A stretch of 63,612 nucleotides of DNA, filler included, from Perkinsus olseni (GCA_013115125.1; 19 parts of 19 records of this genome joined end to end with filler, not necessarily neighbours in it); one strand, 5' to 3'. Numbered from the whole stretch's first letter, positions 33,701 to 47,299 are shown. A program made the numbers and translations. Notes: a model not told the origin generated them from the sequence alone.

Positions 33701-34231
33701 CACGCCGGAGTCTCTCAAGCTCAGAGTCTTTCGTCTTTAATTCTTCAGCCNNNNNNNNNNNNNNNNNNNNNNNNNNNNNNNNNNNNNNNNNNNNTTAATT
33801 AATTAANNNNNNNNNNNNNNNNNNNNNNNNNNNNNNNNNNNNNNNNNNNNACACGGTACACCCCCAACCACCCCCAGAGCGCTCAAGTCTACCCCAGTCT
33901 CGAAAATTCTGTATGAACCACTGTACCGGCGGTAGGCTACCGCCGAGTGCCAACGGTTCTAATTTGGAGCGCCAGCCGGACTAAGAAGGATTGGCAAGGC
34001 CTATAAATCTCGTTCACTCAGTACTGCTCCTATGGAATGTCGAAACGTCGCTGATAGCGTGATGTAGCCAACTGTGAGAATCCGAACTTGTGATTGCGTA
34101 GAATCTCTCTCGTTTGTGTGATGGAGACATTATTGATCGAGGTATCTTTCGCTAGGCTTAAGTGATATACATTAATGTCATTTATGAAGATAAGTAGGAA
34201 ATCTACTTGTCCTCTACATCTTCTATAAGGA

Positions 34232-35000
34232 TTGGTTACTATGAGCTACTCTTTTGTTGGGTTTAAGTTCAACGAGGACCTGGTACCGCGACAATTGGCT
34301 CCGATGCGGTCCGTTGGACTTTTTAGTGACAGTAATGATGTCAAGAGCTTCCAGCAAGAGATGATGATTATGTTGGAGCCCTTCCGAGCTTCTAAGTGGA
34401 TCGAGGAGCACAAAAAGCTCGAGGCCGAAGAAGCAGGAAGTGGCGATTTGAGGGTATTAAACTCGGTCTATTACTCCATCTCCTCTGAGTTGATGGACGC
34501 AGGTTATCTGGATTTTGTAGAAGATGAACTGCCACCAACGGCTGAGCCAGCTATGAATTTCCTTTCCTATGCTGCGTTGTGGGTCAGCCGTGGTAAGACT
34601 ATTGCTTCTATGTCTAAGAGAAATGCTTTGGCAGATGCCGTGATTAAAGCATTCCCTCAGCCGACACCTTCATCAACCAGTTCTAATGCTGCGTATAAGT
34701 CGACCGAATCGCTGACGACAGATGCTAATGGTGTGCTGTCTTTGAAGGCCTTCCGAGATGAAGTCCAAACCGCTAACACTTTGCCCATGATTGAGACTTA
34801 TAACGGAGAAGGTGATAAAGTGAGTGCTATAAAGTGGAAGTCTGATGTTGAGGATCAGTCCGGGCCGATGGGCTCCCCTATTGTTACCTTTTACTATGCT
34901 AAGCGTACTTGTGATGCGGTGTCTTGGAAGGAGTTGACTGGCAAAGACTTTGAGAATTTGTCACGCGATTATGCTACTTATCGAAAGGCGTTGAAGAGTC
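34232..35000 (+). CDS. Gag-like ORF of a retrotransposon, probably truncated or chimeric at the 3' end
   Basis: Intronless 321-aa ORF (to 35197) with LPMIETYNGEGD...KW, resembling the gag capsid N-terminal motif. Confidence 0.45.
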
Positions 35001-35693
35001 TTCAACGCCCCAATGGGGGAGTCTGCCTCTGGATATATTATAGATTCATATTTATCGCGGCAATAGTGATAGCAATGACCTCATTTGCTGTTCTATGGAA
35101 GAGTTCAGCCACTCATGTCAGTTTTTACATGCACTCACCCTGGATTCATCGAATTGCTGACAGCAATGTGAGCTTCGTCAGGTCATCGCGCTGGTAGTAG
35201 CACTGGTTCTGATACTCCTAGCTTCCCTTAGTACTGACAGTCAAAAGGTCTTCTATGGACCTGACTGTTTCAAAGACATCGGTACAGTGGGAGATGCTGA
35301 GAGCACATCGGTTGACATCCACGAGGTGACTAGGATAATGGGCAAGTGCAGCGGGAACTGGGCGTCTCTAATGGGCCCTACCTCATTTAGGCACAGGGGT
35401 GAACAAGTCAAGGGCGTTCATACTAATGTGGCTGAAGAGTTGCGACCTGTGGTGCCTACTAGCAGTTACATACTGTCGCACTGACGGTTCACAGAAGCTA
35501 ATCGTGCTGACATACCGAGAACTTATTATCATGACCGCATCTCTAGTGGCTTCGTGCGTGACAGTAAGATCTGATCCATGTGGCTCAGTCTCGCCGTGGG
35601 CCTGGACTCCCCCTATCACAGGGGCCCTGTGAATGGTGCTAGTATGCACTTCAGGTTGTTCTCCCGCATTACGCAACCGCTTACCCATTCGCG

Positions 35694-36197
35694 CTAACCC
35701 TTATATTGGATCTGGGTATTTACGTCCACGAGCAAGTACGCTTCAGCCCAGGACCAACGTCCCACCCTGTACTGGTTTGCGTAGGCCTCAGCAACGCGCT
35801 TCTGCACTAACAGGATGAAAACCCCGTCATATGGATCAGACGCGTTCCTTGCCTCATATATTGTGCGGAGGTATGGATCTGTAAGATGTGAACATGGGAA
35901 CCTACTTGCCTCTACTGTTGTAGCATTCCTCTTGCCCAGGAAGATCAGTTCCTTACCTCCGTTTCGCCGACCGTGAAGGCGATAATCGAAGAGCGCCGTC
36001 GTCCAGCATTCTCTGCTGCAACATTCACTCTCGTAGTCTGTGTAAGGTACATGCCGTAGTCTCACCATGTAGTTCGGTAGTTTTCTCAGATTTCGCTCTG
36101 CTTCCTGTCCAAGTACCGTGACTGGCTGCTCATTCTGTTGTAATTGGCGACAATAGAGGAGGTAAATGGCGGCCCATCGGAGAGCGCGTTGCTGCAC
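35694..36197 (-). CDS. Hypothetical protein fragment (possible exon)
   Basis: 167-aa ORF with protein-like composition; no domain recognised. Confidence 0.25.
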   Translation of the reverse strand: MQQRALRWAAIYLLYCRQLQQNEQPVTVLGQEAERNLRKLPNYMVRLRHVPYTDYESECCSRECWTTALFDYRLHGRRNGGKELIFLGKRNATTVEASRFPCSHLTDPYLRTIYEARNASDPYDGVFILLVQKRVAEAYANQYRVGRWSWAEAYLLVDVNTQIQYKG

Positions 36198-37239
36198 GAA
36201 CGAAGTCCCTTATGTTGGTACAGGGCACCAATGGGCCGTAGCTTCGATATGAGTTCCACAAGCATTCTCTGCTCTACTAGGCCTCTCATATGTAGTCGGG
36301 TTGTACACGATTCTCCCGGCAGTTGAGCTCTATTCGAGGGCAGAAGAAGCGACAGGGTGAAGAGGAGGAAGCATGGCGACCACTATGGCCGTACTATGGA
36401 GTCCATACTATGGACTCTAGTGTAGATGTATCCTATGTTTGCTGTTCTGCGTTGCATAGCAGAGGCAGTCGCTTCAGCCTAGGGGAGATGAATCCATCGT
36501 CGTCGGGGCCCCCGACTCGGGGGGATGATAACTCAACACAGTTTGGAAATGTGGAACTACCACACGGCTACTGGCCGTGGCGGTACAAGATCCTTCAATT
36601 GAGCGATTATTATTGGGATGAAGCGCGAGTTCAGGAGGGAGTCAGAGACAGCTGCCGTTACGACGATCTCGGTAGAACTTCGACACACAATTCATTGTTT
36701 GCATAGACTAACGCCTTCAGACCTATCCACTCGACCTCGAGACTTTGTACTCGGCTTTGTAATGTGCTCGGCTTCGACCGTGCCCCGATGACTTTGGTTG
36801 AATAATCCACTTCCGCCAGCAGCTAGCCGAACGACGTGACTTTATTCGCCTCACAGCCAGCTAGAATGGCCTCTCTTGGAGCGAATTTATCTCACTCGCT
36901 GAATTCGTTTGTCTGCTATTAGTGGTGAAACTTTACGTGTCTGAATGTTTAGGAGGGTCACAGTTGTGTTAGGTGAGTGTTTATTTCACCCCTCTTGGAA
37001 AGTGGCCGATTGGAAGGTGCTGGGGCCGTATGCGGATCCTGATTTTTGGGGTGATGCAGAGTAAAAAATCAGCATCAATACTCAAGCACAGNNNNNNNNN
37101 NNNNNNNNNNNNNNNNNNNNNNNNNNNNNNNNNNNTTAATTAATTAANNNNNNNNNNNNNNNNNNNNNNNNNNNNNNNNNNNNNNNNNNNNCAACACGTT
37201 TTTATCTCACAATGAAAATGTCGACACGGAGTCGGGAAC

Positions 37240-38898
37240 TTGGCGAATATAGTCACGTTACATGTAGACACAACTAATATGAGACGCATGTTCCCTCCCA
37301 GGCTTGCGATTCGTTGGTGGTGCTGTTACCCCTCCCGTCTAACCATGCTACGTAGAGTAGCCGGCCGCGATGGCCATGACATAGGGCTGGAGATGCACTG
37401 CGCCGAGACCGGCATGCTGGTCGCCACGGCGTCGGTGCCGATCCGTGGCATTCCCAGGCAGCAGCGTATGGTGTCTCGATCGGAAAGAGAGGTGAATCTT
37501 ACCAGATTTCTGTGGATGCGCACAGATACAGATCTCCAGGTCCCTTGCTGCGGTTCGGCTCATACCCAGGGCTCGCCAAATGTGTTGGGCTGGCTCCAGG
37601 TTGTCATCGAGAACTGCGGCTCGCGAGAGTGTGGCCAGCTGGGTCATAGTCATCCTGATCTAGTACCGTCTCCCGCTGGTGGCTATGCTCAATGCAGGGA
37701 GGGTGGGAGGCAGCACCGTGCCGCGCCAGGGCGGAAGAATACGAGAGTCAAAGCTCGCAGATTGCCGTGGCCCGATACCGCTCCAAACGCAACTCATGAT
37801 GCGGTCAAGTACTTCGCAGATCAGCGCGAGAAGTCTCGTCTGCAGCTTGTGCAGAGGAGAATGCGAGAGACCCTGTTGGAGAGGCGATACCTTCCTGCTG
37901 TGTCCGGGGAAGCGAGCTACTTCACGGTACCCTTCACGAGCCCTTTGCCTGCAGAAGCCCTGTACTCGGTCCAACTCGGTCGAGTCGGTACGCAGGGCGG
38001 CGTAGCAGTGGAGGGCGCCGGGCACTGTGGGCTCTCGTTGGTCACTGATCCCGCCGAGTGGCGATACCTCGTGACCTCACAAGTTTTCACCGAGCCTGAC
38101 TGCGGCTACGAGTTGTTCACGGCTACGTCAGAGTTCCTCCTGCGGCCTGGCCAGACGGTGGAGCTCCCTTTTCGGTTCCTGTCGTTCGTCGAATCAGCGG
38201 AGGACTTGGTATGTGATATCAGCATTCGACGGAGTGGTGGTGACACTGTGAGAGTCGTGGAGCTGGTGGTCCCAGGCCCACTCGGGTTCCTGGTCAACCA
38301 AGTGGCGCGCTACTGGGAACCCGAAGGAGCTGCTCTCCGCAAGACTCTGCTGCTGAGAGGAGAGGTCGGGCCTGAAACTGTCCTTGTCATTTCTCCTGAA
38401 GAATCGGGTGTCTCCGTCACGACCCAAGACCATCCCGGTCAGCTATTTATTTCCCTGATGGCCCCTCGTTTCACTGAGGGTCCGCGCGAGGCGGTGTGCG
38501 TGGTCTACGCACGTGGAGACAACTACCGGGAGCAGCCACTATGGGTTGTGAGAATTGTCTGCTACGGTCTCTTGGGCGAATACGTCAAGGGCATTGTTGG
38601 TCAGCCTTTCGAGAAAACAATACAACTGCCTCCGCAGCTCCACCAGGGAGCAACGGCTGTAGTTGCGTACTCGTCTAACCCGTCGCTCGCAGGGATTGAA
38701 CTTTCGTGTGTTCCAGTGCCCGAGTCTGGGCCATGCCATATCCCGCTCTCTATCCTGCCCTCTGCTAGCGGTATGAGTAGCTGCCTTGTCTTCGCTGCCG
38801 TGGCCGGCTCAGTCTCAGGAGTGGGTCGCCCTGTGGCTGCGTGGGTGTTAAATATCCAAGCTGAGCCCCCTACGGTCACCGAGACGCACGAGCTGGAC
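37240..38898 (+). CDS. NPHP4: Nephrocystin-4-like ciliary transition-zone protein, C-terminal region (partial; may include introns)
   Basis: SYFTVPFTSP, LSLVTDPAEW, FLLRPGQTVELPFRFLSF, WVLNIQAEPPTVT resemble conserved NPHP4 C-terminal Ig-like blocks; fits an organism with flagellated zoospores. Confidence 0.6.
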
Positions 38899-39599
38899 NN
38901 NNNNNNNNNNNNNNNNNNNNNNNNNNNNNNNNNNNNNNNNNNNNNNNNNNNNNNNNNNNNNNNNNNNNNNNNNNNNNNNNNNNNNNNNNNNNGGCTCTGG
39001 CTTACGGTCAGCAATGTAGGAAACGCCTTCCCTTTCGCAATCCCCTCACACGACAGACGGAGTTTACGGTGCGGAGTTCGGACCCCGTGATCTTGCAGGT
39101 GGGCCCAGCCCTGGCTGTCAACCCCTTTCGTACGGCGGCCTTCCTCGGATCAGGTTGCTTCCACTAGTCTCAAGCTGGCTCCGCTCACGGCGTCTCACAT
39201 CGACCTCGTCTTTGGTCCGGTGCAAGGGCACATGAGAAGAAAGTCCGAGTGCTTCTTGTTCATCTCTACCTCTGATGGACAAGTGTCCGACACGAGGCTT
39301 TTTAAATTGAGCTACACCTGACAGGCATGACCTCCCTGTACCATTATTACAGTGCTGTCTCTGCAAAGGTGGAACGTTGCGTGCTCCCGGACCTGGTCGC
39401 TGTTGATACAGTTCTTGCGTGTCCTTCGAAGGCCCATGGATGACCTTCCACAATAGGTCCGGCAGCACTGTGACACCGCACCACCGTGTCGCTCGGCGTG
39501 CTACGACGGGAGGATGTTCAGCGAGAAGGTCTAGTCTCTCGGATGGCCTCTCAATGTAGCGCTCCCGAGTAAATCACATTCGCCTATACTCGTCATCCC

Positions 39600-40431
39600 T
39601 CAGACCAGATTGGCCAGGACCACCAGAGCCGAAGCGAGCCCCCGTCCTCACTGCAACCATCGACGATCCCATGGAAGAGTAAGCAGGCCCTCGACGAATC
39701 GGCTGTCCCGATGGTTTTTCGCAGCCCTGTGTCAAGGGACTTTATGGTTCAGTTCTCTCGTTGAAGTTGCAGTTCTATGAGTGCCAGCACTTTCTGCGGT
39801 TCCGTCGCCCTTCGACTCGTTCCAGCAACAACGCCTCGTCCCTGCCACATGCCGTGTTACTCACTTCAGTCGATCCGAGCCTTCTGCGACGAGGGGCCGC
39901 TCCATCTCGAGACCGGGGACTGCGGATCAACAGCCACGGTCAGCAGTCCAGCTTGAACTCGTTCTGGATAACTCCTCCGTCGTGAGTGTGTCGTCTACAC
40001 GGTATGAGCATGGATGCTTCCGCTTGCTCTTATCGTATTATCTCAGTGTTGAAGACTTGGTACGGACTGCCCTGACCTCCGCGGCCCGTCTGCCGCCGAG
40101 CATGCTGCATGTTTCTAAGTGGGTCGCCGACTATCTCTTTGTTGGGACGGGCTCTCTCCTCGTAGGTTCCACCAGGATCTTTCCGGTCGCCGGATCGTCC
40201 GCCTTTCGATTGAGGATTCTCGGCAGCTGCCCGCCATAAGCGCGCTCGAACGCATTATCGCTCTCCTGGACGACAAACTGTCCGATCAGCACATTTCCGG
40301 ATCGCCGCAGCAAATCATCCTGGCTGGTGCGACTCTCCGACCTCCGAAAGAGCCACTTCATAGTGGGCATGACAGAAGCAGCATCACGATGCAACTGGTG
40401 TTCTCACCCGACCCAAGTATCTCTTGGAATC
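39600..40431 (+). CDS. Probable multi-exon hypothetical gene fragment
   Basis: Short coding-like stretches separated by GTAAG/GTGAG...AG candidate introns; product unknown. Confidence 0.25.
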
Positions 40432-40531
40432 NNNNNNNNNNNNNNNNNNNNNNNNNNNNNNNNNNNNNNNNNNNNTTAATTAATTAANNNNNNNNNNNNN
40501 NNNNNNNNNNNNNNNNNNNNNNNNNNNNNNN

Positions 40532-41809
40532 GTGGGAACGCCCGTCATGAGCGTAGTCCAGCTACTTGCCAACAACACCGACTGCGTTATGGACAGACCA
40601 CGGACACCATCGAGGCGTAGAGTCGGACCAGCACTTCCTCATACCTGCGTGGTTCCCGCCAGGACCGCTAGAGCGACTACTTCGTTGGGCAACACTAATG
40701 GCGGCAGCTCCTTCCCCTCGTCACTCTTCACAAAGGCGTATCCAACCAGGATAGCCATCGCTGTTTGGGAGAGCAGCCTCGCTGAGAAGGCACTCCACGT
40801 CGACACCCCGCCTGAAACCCATCGGATGGGACGACTCAGCGAGGACGACTGAAGCAGCACGACACTCACCAATCGCGCTGTATCGAACCAACAGCGTGGT
40901 GGCTGCAAACGCAAGCATGGAAAGAATCTGATCATCACAGAGATGGCACAGGGCTTGTAATAAGGATCCCTTTTGTACTGCAAACATAAATCCTAAGGCT
41001 TCATGATACTGCTGCCCAGTCGCAGCTGCCTCGTCCTCGGCCTTAGTCGAGCCTCCTGGCCCAAGCGCTGATATCAGTACGCCACATACAACCTAGGTAG
41101 TAGGCGTTACGATACATGTTAGACATACCACACCACCCACTATTCCTATCAAAAGTGCATGCCGTTTGCTGAGCAGTTCTCTAAACATGAAGTGACCATA
41201 GACGCTGACGACTATGATCGTTGAACACAGCACGGCGCTCACTGGACCTGCAACCGAGATGGGCCTCTTCCACCGGCTGAGGGGACACAAGTCACCACCT
41301 TTGTCCGCGGGTGAAGTGAATACGAAGGCCTTCTTCATCAGACTCATGGACACTCCCAGGCCAAGCCCTCCAATGAGGGTTAGCGCCTTCGTCTTCCACG
41401 TAATAGAGGGCGTATCAGCCGATTCAGCGCTCCAGAAAAGCTCTACTCTTCCAGCGTGGAGCCAATGCCCCGCACAGCACAGCATGCCTAACGAGCTCGA
41501 CGGTTACGAATGATCCCGACTGAGCGATAGTACCCGGGAGGCCGCCCACGCCCCAAATGATGGCGAGCATCTTCCACTCAGCCCCGACGGCGTAGTACTT
41601 CTCCACAGAGTTGTCCAGGACGCCAGTGGCGACTCTGAAATCGGGAATATTGAATTCTCCCCTGTTCTCGGGGATCCTCACGCAATCAGGTAATTGGTGA
41701 CTCCGAAGCAGAACATGGCGATGAAGGAGTAGGCCACGCATCTGCCGGAGTAAACAGTGGAAGCTTCAACCCTGGGGCTCTCTTGGATGGGCGGCGGCAA
41801 GACTGCCAT
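40532..41809 (-). CDS. Multi-pass membrane protein, EamA/DMT transporter-like (multi-exon, 3'-partial)
   Basis: MAVLPPP...SFIAMFCFGVTNYLI; GPVSAVLCSTIIVVSVYGHFMFRELLS...LLIGIV matches the EamA repeat C-terminal pattern. Confidence 0.65.
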
Positions 41810-42017
41810 AGCACAGTAGCGGCGAAAGAGACTGCACCGGGAAGCTAGCCTTCAGTTTTAATACTCGCGAGCGGTTTCGGTAGGAAAGCCTCCGCACATG
41901 CAACACAACTCCGTTCAAACATCAACCAGAGGTGTTAACATGCAGACAGTCGACCCGAACGACAGGGCAAACGTCGTCGCTGCGTCAGGTCCAATACAAC
42001 AGAGAAGTAGAACTCTT

Positions 42018-42742
42018 CTAACGTTTGGACGCACTTGAGAACAATCTTGACATCTCTGAACAAATCTTATCGTGGAGCCCCACACCCCTTAATCCGAAGC
42101 GGCTCTGGATGAGCTCTACGCCGCGGGCGCAGACGGTATCATCAGGTACCTCTTTCAAACCATATCCCTCTATAACCGACATAGTATTCTCACTGTTCGA
42201 GGCAGAGTTCAGCACGCTGCCAAATACCTCCCTTCCAAACCCAAGATCATCGAAATGCGAGGCAGGCCTCCGCCTTATCCCAAATGCCGCCTTCGCCATC
42301 ATAGGGTCCTCAATGCTCGAGGCGAATGTCTGCCTTCTGCCGCCCACACTCAAGGCGATACCATAACCGTTCTCGCTGAAAAAAGCGCGACTGAAGCTAG
42401 CGAAGCCCGAGAGCCAACGCCCGCGCGTTCAACTTACAACTCATATTGGACGCTCCCACAGAGGACACTGTTCAGGAAAGTGCTGCTCATCGTCTTAAAC
42501 GTTAGGAGATCTGCCGTGCTGGTGCTGACAACAGTACAAGTATCCGTATCATGGTCGTAGGGAAGGAGTTGCGTCCCAGCGGGTAGTGGCGGAGGTGGCA
42601 ACCTGTGAGTCTCCTGCGGGGGCAGGACCCTGGGACCTGCCAAGGAAGGGAAGGGGATGTCGTCGTAGTCGTGAAAACTCGGTTGGGTAGGTCCACGCAC
42701 AAGACTGATCAGCACAAGGAGCAGGAGAAGTGCCAGCATCAT
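42018..42742 (-). CDS. Secreted hypothetical protein, 2 exons (intron 42376-42437); paralog B of a tandem pair
   Basis: Signal peptide MMLALLLLLVLISLVRG; splicing gives CGSVQYEF|ENGY; collinear with paralog A. Confidence 0.75.
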
Positions 42743-43201
42743 TACAAATATGCGACAACAACGGCTAAACAGGAGACACCAGGCAAGAGGGCACCCGCAT
42801 GCCCCCTGCGGGCGGTCAGTTGAAATGCTCCGCCATACACCCGAGTGGTTCATCGTACGGTCCTCAGCCCCGTCATTCAGCCCAATGGACGCCATGCCGA
42901 CTGGGCGCTACCTTTCTTAGAAGGGGGAGCTCGGCGAGCGTCACGATACGGACATGATAATATAGCGAGACAAGGGACTTCTCCAGAAGGATCTCATATA
43001 TCGCTAGCGGAGCGCTAGCTCATCTCTCCTGGTGAATGAGCATCGCAAACAGCCACCATGCGATCGATCTGTGCGCTACGATCAGTCCTTCTTGCCCAGA
43101 CAACACAAGTCAATCGTTAAGTAACCTCAACAACGTAATGGCATGCAAGGTGGACAACAACAGCAATACAGACTCGTGACGTGCTCAACTGCAATACCGT
43201 C

Positions 43202-43763
43202 TCAACCATCCAATACACCAGCGAACAACTCCTGCATCTCCGAGCAGAGACGGGTCTCGAAGGAGCCCGTGCGCCCGCGTAAGCGGTCCTCGATTAAACT
43301 CACGCCCTGCTTACAGATGTTATTCTCGGTCATCCCTGAGCGCCACCCAAAACCAGCATCAGCCTTCATTGGATCCTTGATGTTCGAGGCGAAGACACGC
43401 GGGAACCCGATCAGCTTTAAACCACTGGCATAACCGTTCTGGCTGAAAAGAAGCATCAGAATACTCCTCAGTGGACAGGGTGAGCCCGGTGGCAAGTCCA
43501 ATATCAGCACAGCGACAAAGAAGCAAAAAACGTGTCTTACAACTCGTATTCGACCACGCCGCAATGAACACTCTTAGTGAAAGTGGTACTCTTCGCCTGG
43601 AACGTCATTATGGAATCTCCGTCATCGGTAACCACAAAGCAAGTGTCCGCAGAAACGTCGTACGCAAAGACCTGAATGCCACTGGGAAGCGGCCCGGAGA
43701 TGATCGGTAATGAGGGACCCGGCATCTCTGATTCCTGAACCACTATGGGCCCTCGCACATAGC
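43202..43763 (-). CDS. Hypothetical protein, paralog A of the tandem pair (5'-partial; intron 43443-43540)
   Basis: PLPSG...YD...DTC...CGVVEYEF|QNGY...FASNIKDPM...CSEMQELF; same intron position and phase as paralog B. Confidence 0.72.
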
Positions 43764-44307
43764 NNNNNNNNNNNNNNNNNNNNNNNNNNNNNNNNNNNNN
43801 NNNNNNNTTAATTAATTAANNNNNNNNNNNNNNNNNNNNNNNNNNNNNNNNNNNNNNNNNNNNTTTTACTAATTTGCTCTGGGCTTTATTAAATTGCTCT
43901 GGGGTTTTACTAAGTAGGTCTGGAAATGGTGTAGTACCAACGAGGACCGAGAGAATTCATTCAACCAGTTTTGCCCCTTTACCACCTCTAATTCTCAAAT
44001 ACAGCAACCACAGCAGCATCAGCATCCATTACTACCACTCAGGTCACCCGCACAGCATGTCGAACGTAAGGCAATGAGAGAGAGGCATGATGGCGCAATC
44101 TACCAACAGCGATCGTCGATACCCTCCATTGACGCCCCCTCCCTATCACTATTGACCAAGTCCACTTCGATAGGAATCTGTAGTGTACTAAAGAATCTTG
44201 AGCCCAATGGTGTAGTCTGATACAGTATGTTATTACAAGCAGCCTCTGCAGCAGAGGCTCTGCTGCCGTTGATGGTGAATAATACTACTAAGATTGGACA
44301 GGAGGAG

Positions 44308-45450
44308 CTACCCGCGGGCCGCGGGCTCCGCTGCTGCCGCTTGGATCAGCTTAATCTTGCGAGATTGAGGATCGTACTCCATAAGGTCACCAGGGTGGCA
44401 GCCAGAGGGAGGCATGAATCGGATAGCTCCACGAGCCGTATTGAACTTTACCTTGCTACCAGGCTGCCAGTTGTCTGGTATCCGTACCGTAACACGCGCA
44501 ACTGCCGAGTCGGAAGAAGTGGGAGCCGCGGATGGAGCTTCTGAGACTCTAGCCGCTCCGGGAGGCACCGTTGCTGCTGCGGCATTATCAGTCGACGGGG
44601 GAACAGTAGCCCCCACACTCCCACCACCACCCTCTTTTACCGTGCCCTGCTTGCCCGCCTCCTGTTGGCCCCCACCACTGCCCTGCTCAGCACTCGATGT
44701 TCGGGGCTGATCGACCCCGTGGGCCACAGCATTATTCTGCTGAGGAGTACTGTGAGGTACACCCCCAGGAGCAGCCGCCGACTGATTCCACACAGATGAG
44801 GCCGAAGGGGGTGGCTGCTGTCCGCTGCCCCCACCCTGATAAACACCATCCTTAGGAGCCGCCGCAGCCCCCGCTGGCGGGCGATATGCATTCTTCTTAG
44901 CCTCAGAATATCGTTGAGCCTCAGCCATGAGATCAGGACTCGTAGCGATCCTAGTGGCCGACTCTTTCAGCGCCTTAATCTCGCCTGCCATCTGCCTTCC
45001 CGCAACCACAAGTCCCGCATCGGTAGTCTTCAACGCTCTAGCAGTGCTCGTCAGATCCTCATTGAGCTTGGAAAGGACCATATTCGTCCTCCTGAAGGTC
45101 GCCAAGCTCGTCGATAGCACTCGACGGTGACCTTCCAATGCTCGGGAAAACTTCCCCGCAGGGGGGTTCGCTCGACCCGCGACCCCAGATTCAGATCCAA
45201 TCTTATTCCGTTTCTCCTCAGCTTTGTCCTGCATTCCCCTGACATCCTCAGCCGCACTGGCAACGTATGCAACAGACGAGTCAATAACCCTCCGAAGCCA
45301 GGATATCCACTCGTAAAGGCCTGTGGAGGCATTGAGACCCTCGTTAGAAACCCCCAGCCACTGTTGACGCAGTGCCGCTTCCCTCTCATACGCCCAGTAT
45401 TGAGACAGTAATGGCGAACCTAGCAGAAGTGTTAACGATAAGAGCTTCAC
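44308..45450 (-). CDS. Coiled-coil/low-complexity coding region, possibly 3' exons of the J-domain gene
   Basis: 380-aa open frame downstream of, and on the same strand as, the J-domain exons. Confidence 0.55.
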   Translation of the reverse strand: MKLLSLTLLLGSPLLSQYWAYEREAALRQQWLGVSNEGLNASTGLYEWISWLRRVIDSSVAYVASAAEDVRGMQDKAEEKRNKIGSESGVAGRANPPAGKFSRALEGHRRVLSTSLATFRRTNMVLSKLNEDLTSTARALKTTDAGLVVAGRQMAGEIKALKESATRIATSPDLMAEAQRYSEAKKNAYRPPAGAAAAPKDGVYQGGGSGQQPPPSASSVWNQSAAAPGGVPHSTPQQNNAVAHGVDQPRTSSAEQGSGGGQQEAGKQGTVKEGGGGSVGATVPPSTDNAAAATVPPGAARVSEAPSAAPTSSDSAVARVTVRIPDNWQPGSKVKFNTARGAIRFMPPSGCHPGDLMEYDPQSRKIKLIQAAAAEPAARG

Positions 45451-45566
45451 CTGTGTCTCCGCCTACTTGTTTGATTAACGGCGGCCCTGTTGCTCTGAGG
45501 AGAACTCGCTACATTGTTTGGTGCTTTGGGTTGCGGCGCCTGAACCGTTTCACTACGATCGATCCT

Positions 45567-46860
45567 CTGCCAAGTTCAAAACTACCGGTGGGACCGGTCC
45601 TCTTTTTATCGCCTTCACCATGTCCGACTTCTCCAAACAAAATGTGATATTCACACCCCGGTCCTGTACAACGGTTCCAATCACGACACATCATCCCTCA
45701 CTACCCTACCCGTGCTAGGGCCTTAAGCTCTGGTATACTTAGGCTGGCCAGACGCGCCTCCACGTTACTGCCGCCATCAGCCTCCGATGGTGGGCTCACA
45801 TCTGCAGCCGATAGTGATACATACAACAAACGTCGGCCCGACCGAATGACTTCCGCGGGCCGCTCGACATTCACACTCGGATCCCTATTACTCCCCTCAA
45901 CACTGCTTTCTGGTCTCACTGGAGAACCAGCCGAGCTCGGCTGCTGCTGTTGTCCATCGGCTGCGCCCGGCTCAAGTCGGGGTCGCTTAGAAGATGGTTG
46001 CGAGTCGCTCGGCTCTGAAACTCAATAGTCCCCTCTGTACGATTCGTAATTTATTGGACGAACAGCTCGAACGTGCGGGATTCTTCAAAGCCGATTCAGA
46101 TGAGCTCCTACTACCGGCTATCCTTTTGGTGTTGTATGGTACTGCGCCCCGTGAATAGAAAAATATATGGTCAAACCTGATTGCAGATTACTACAATGAT
46201 TATGATCCAGACTCCCGCGCAAAGGGAAGCCAAGTAGGGTTACTTGGCCTTCTTCAGTGGATCAGACAGCACGTCATAAGCCACCTTGATATCCTGGAAT
46301 CGCCCGAGAGCATCGGGGCCGGACTTATCCGGATGGTACTTCAAGCACAACCTGAATCACAGCCCTACCATTCCAAGCCCAACTGCCGAGTACACCACGA
46401 GTACCGTCTAAAACTCCTTTTGATATCAGCAGGTGTAGCCGTCCGTGCATTCACTTCCAAGACATCGTAATGGTTCCGGCTGACATCTACTGGTCCAACA
46501 GGATCCCCGTCGTTAAGGGTAGCCATCACAAGATCGCCGGGGGGAGGCCGTGGGAGGAGGAGTACCCTCAAAGAACTAGAAAACAGATAAGTTCCCATAT
46601 CGGACGGCAATGGTGAGAAACAGCGTCGACTCGACGTGAGATCAACGTCTGTTAATTCCGGATTGCGCGGGTTACACATGTATTAAGGAAATGGAAGACA
46701 GCTCAAGATTGCAAGTTCAGAAGTTACTGTGCTCGAAACGAGAGCTTCCAACGACGCACATAGGATCTGCCAAGACTTCTGTAATCGTCGCTACCACAAA
46801 GTTGGGTCGGCCAGTCCCCAACGGTAGTAGCACCTCACGAGAGATGGAGCGATCCGACAT
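45567..46860 (-). CDS. DnaJ (Hsp40) J-domain protein with a SAP-like motif, multi-exon
   Basis: NHYDVLEV...[17 protein letters not shown]...[14 protein letters not shown] (HPD motif); [23 protein letters not shown]. Start and end are approximate. Confidence 0.8.
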
Positions 46861-47299
46861 GGAGCGGAGAGGTACTTGGAACACGACCGAGGGGTTTAGT
46901 GAGACGTGTGCTCTCAATAGTATATGCAAGCGTTGAATAATCATCATCATAATGAACAAAAATGCATAGGACGTCGTAATGTACTATATACCAATAACAG
47001 CAGCAGCTAGATCTAGTCCTCTAATTCACGTGCAGTTGCAAAATCGATTACGGGCGAGCGAGAATACCGTGCAGCGCAAAATCTGAGAAGNNNNNNNNNN
47101 NNNNNNNNNNNNNNNNNNNNNNNNNNNNNNNNNNTTAATTAATTAANNNNNNNNNNNNNNNNNNNNNNNNNNNNNNNNNNNNNNNNNNNNTACGAGCCAC
47201 GGTTAATGACCCCGACCTTCTTCCTCTCCATATCTTGATATATGGATGAGTGGATATATATATGATATATGGATATTATATATGGATCCTTATATATGG

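Noticed and set aside
40240-40345. QIILAGATL as DEAD-box helicase motif III
   Set aside because: No Walker A or DExD motif found upstream.
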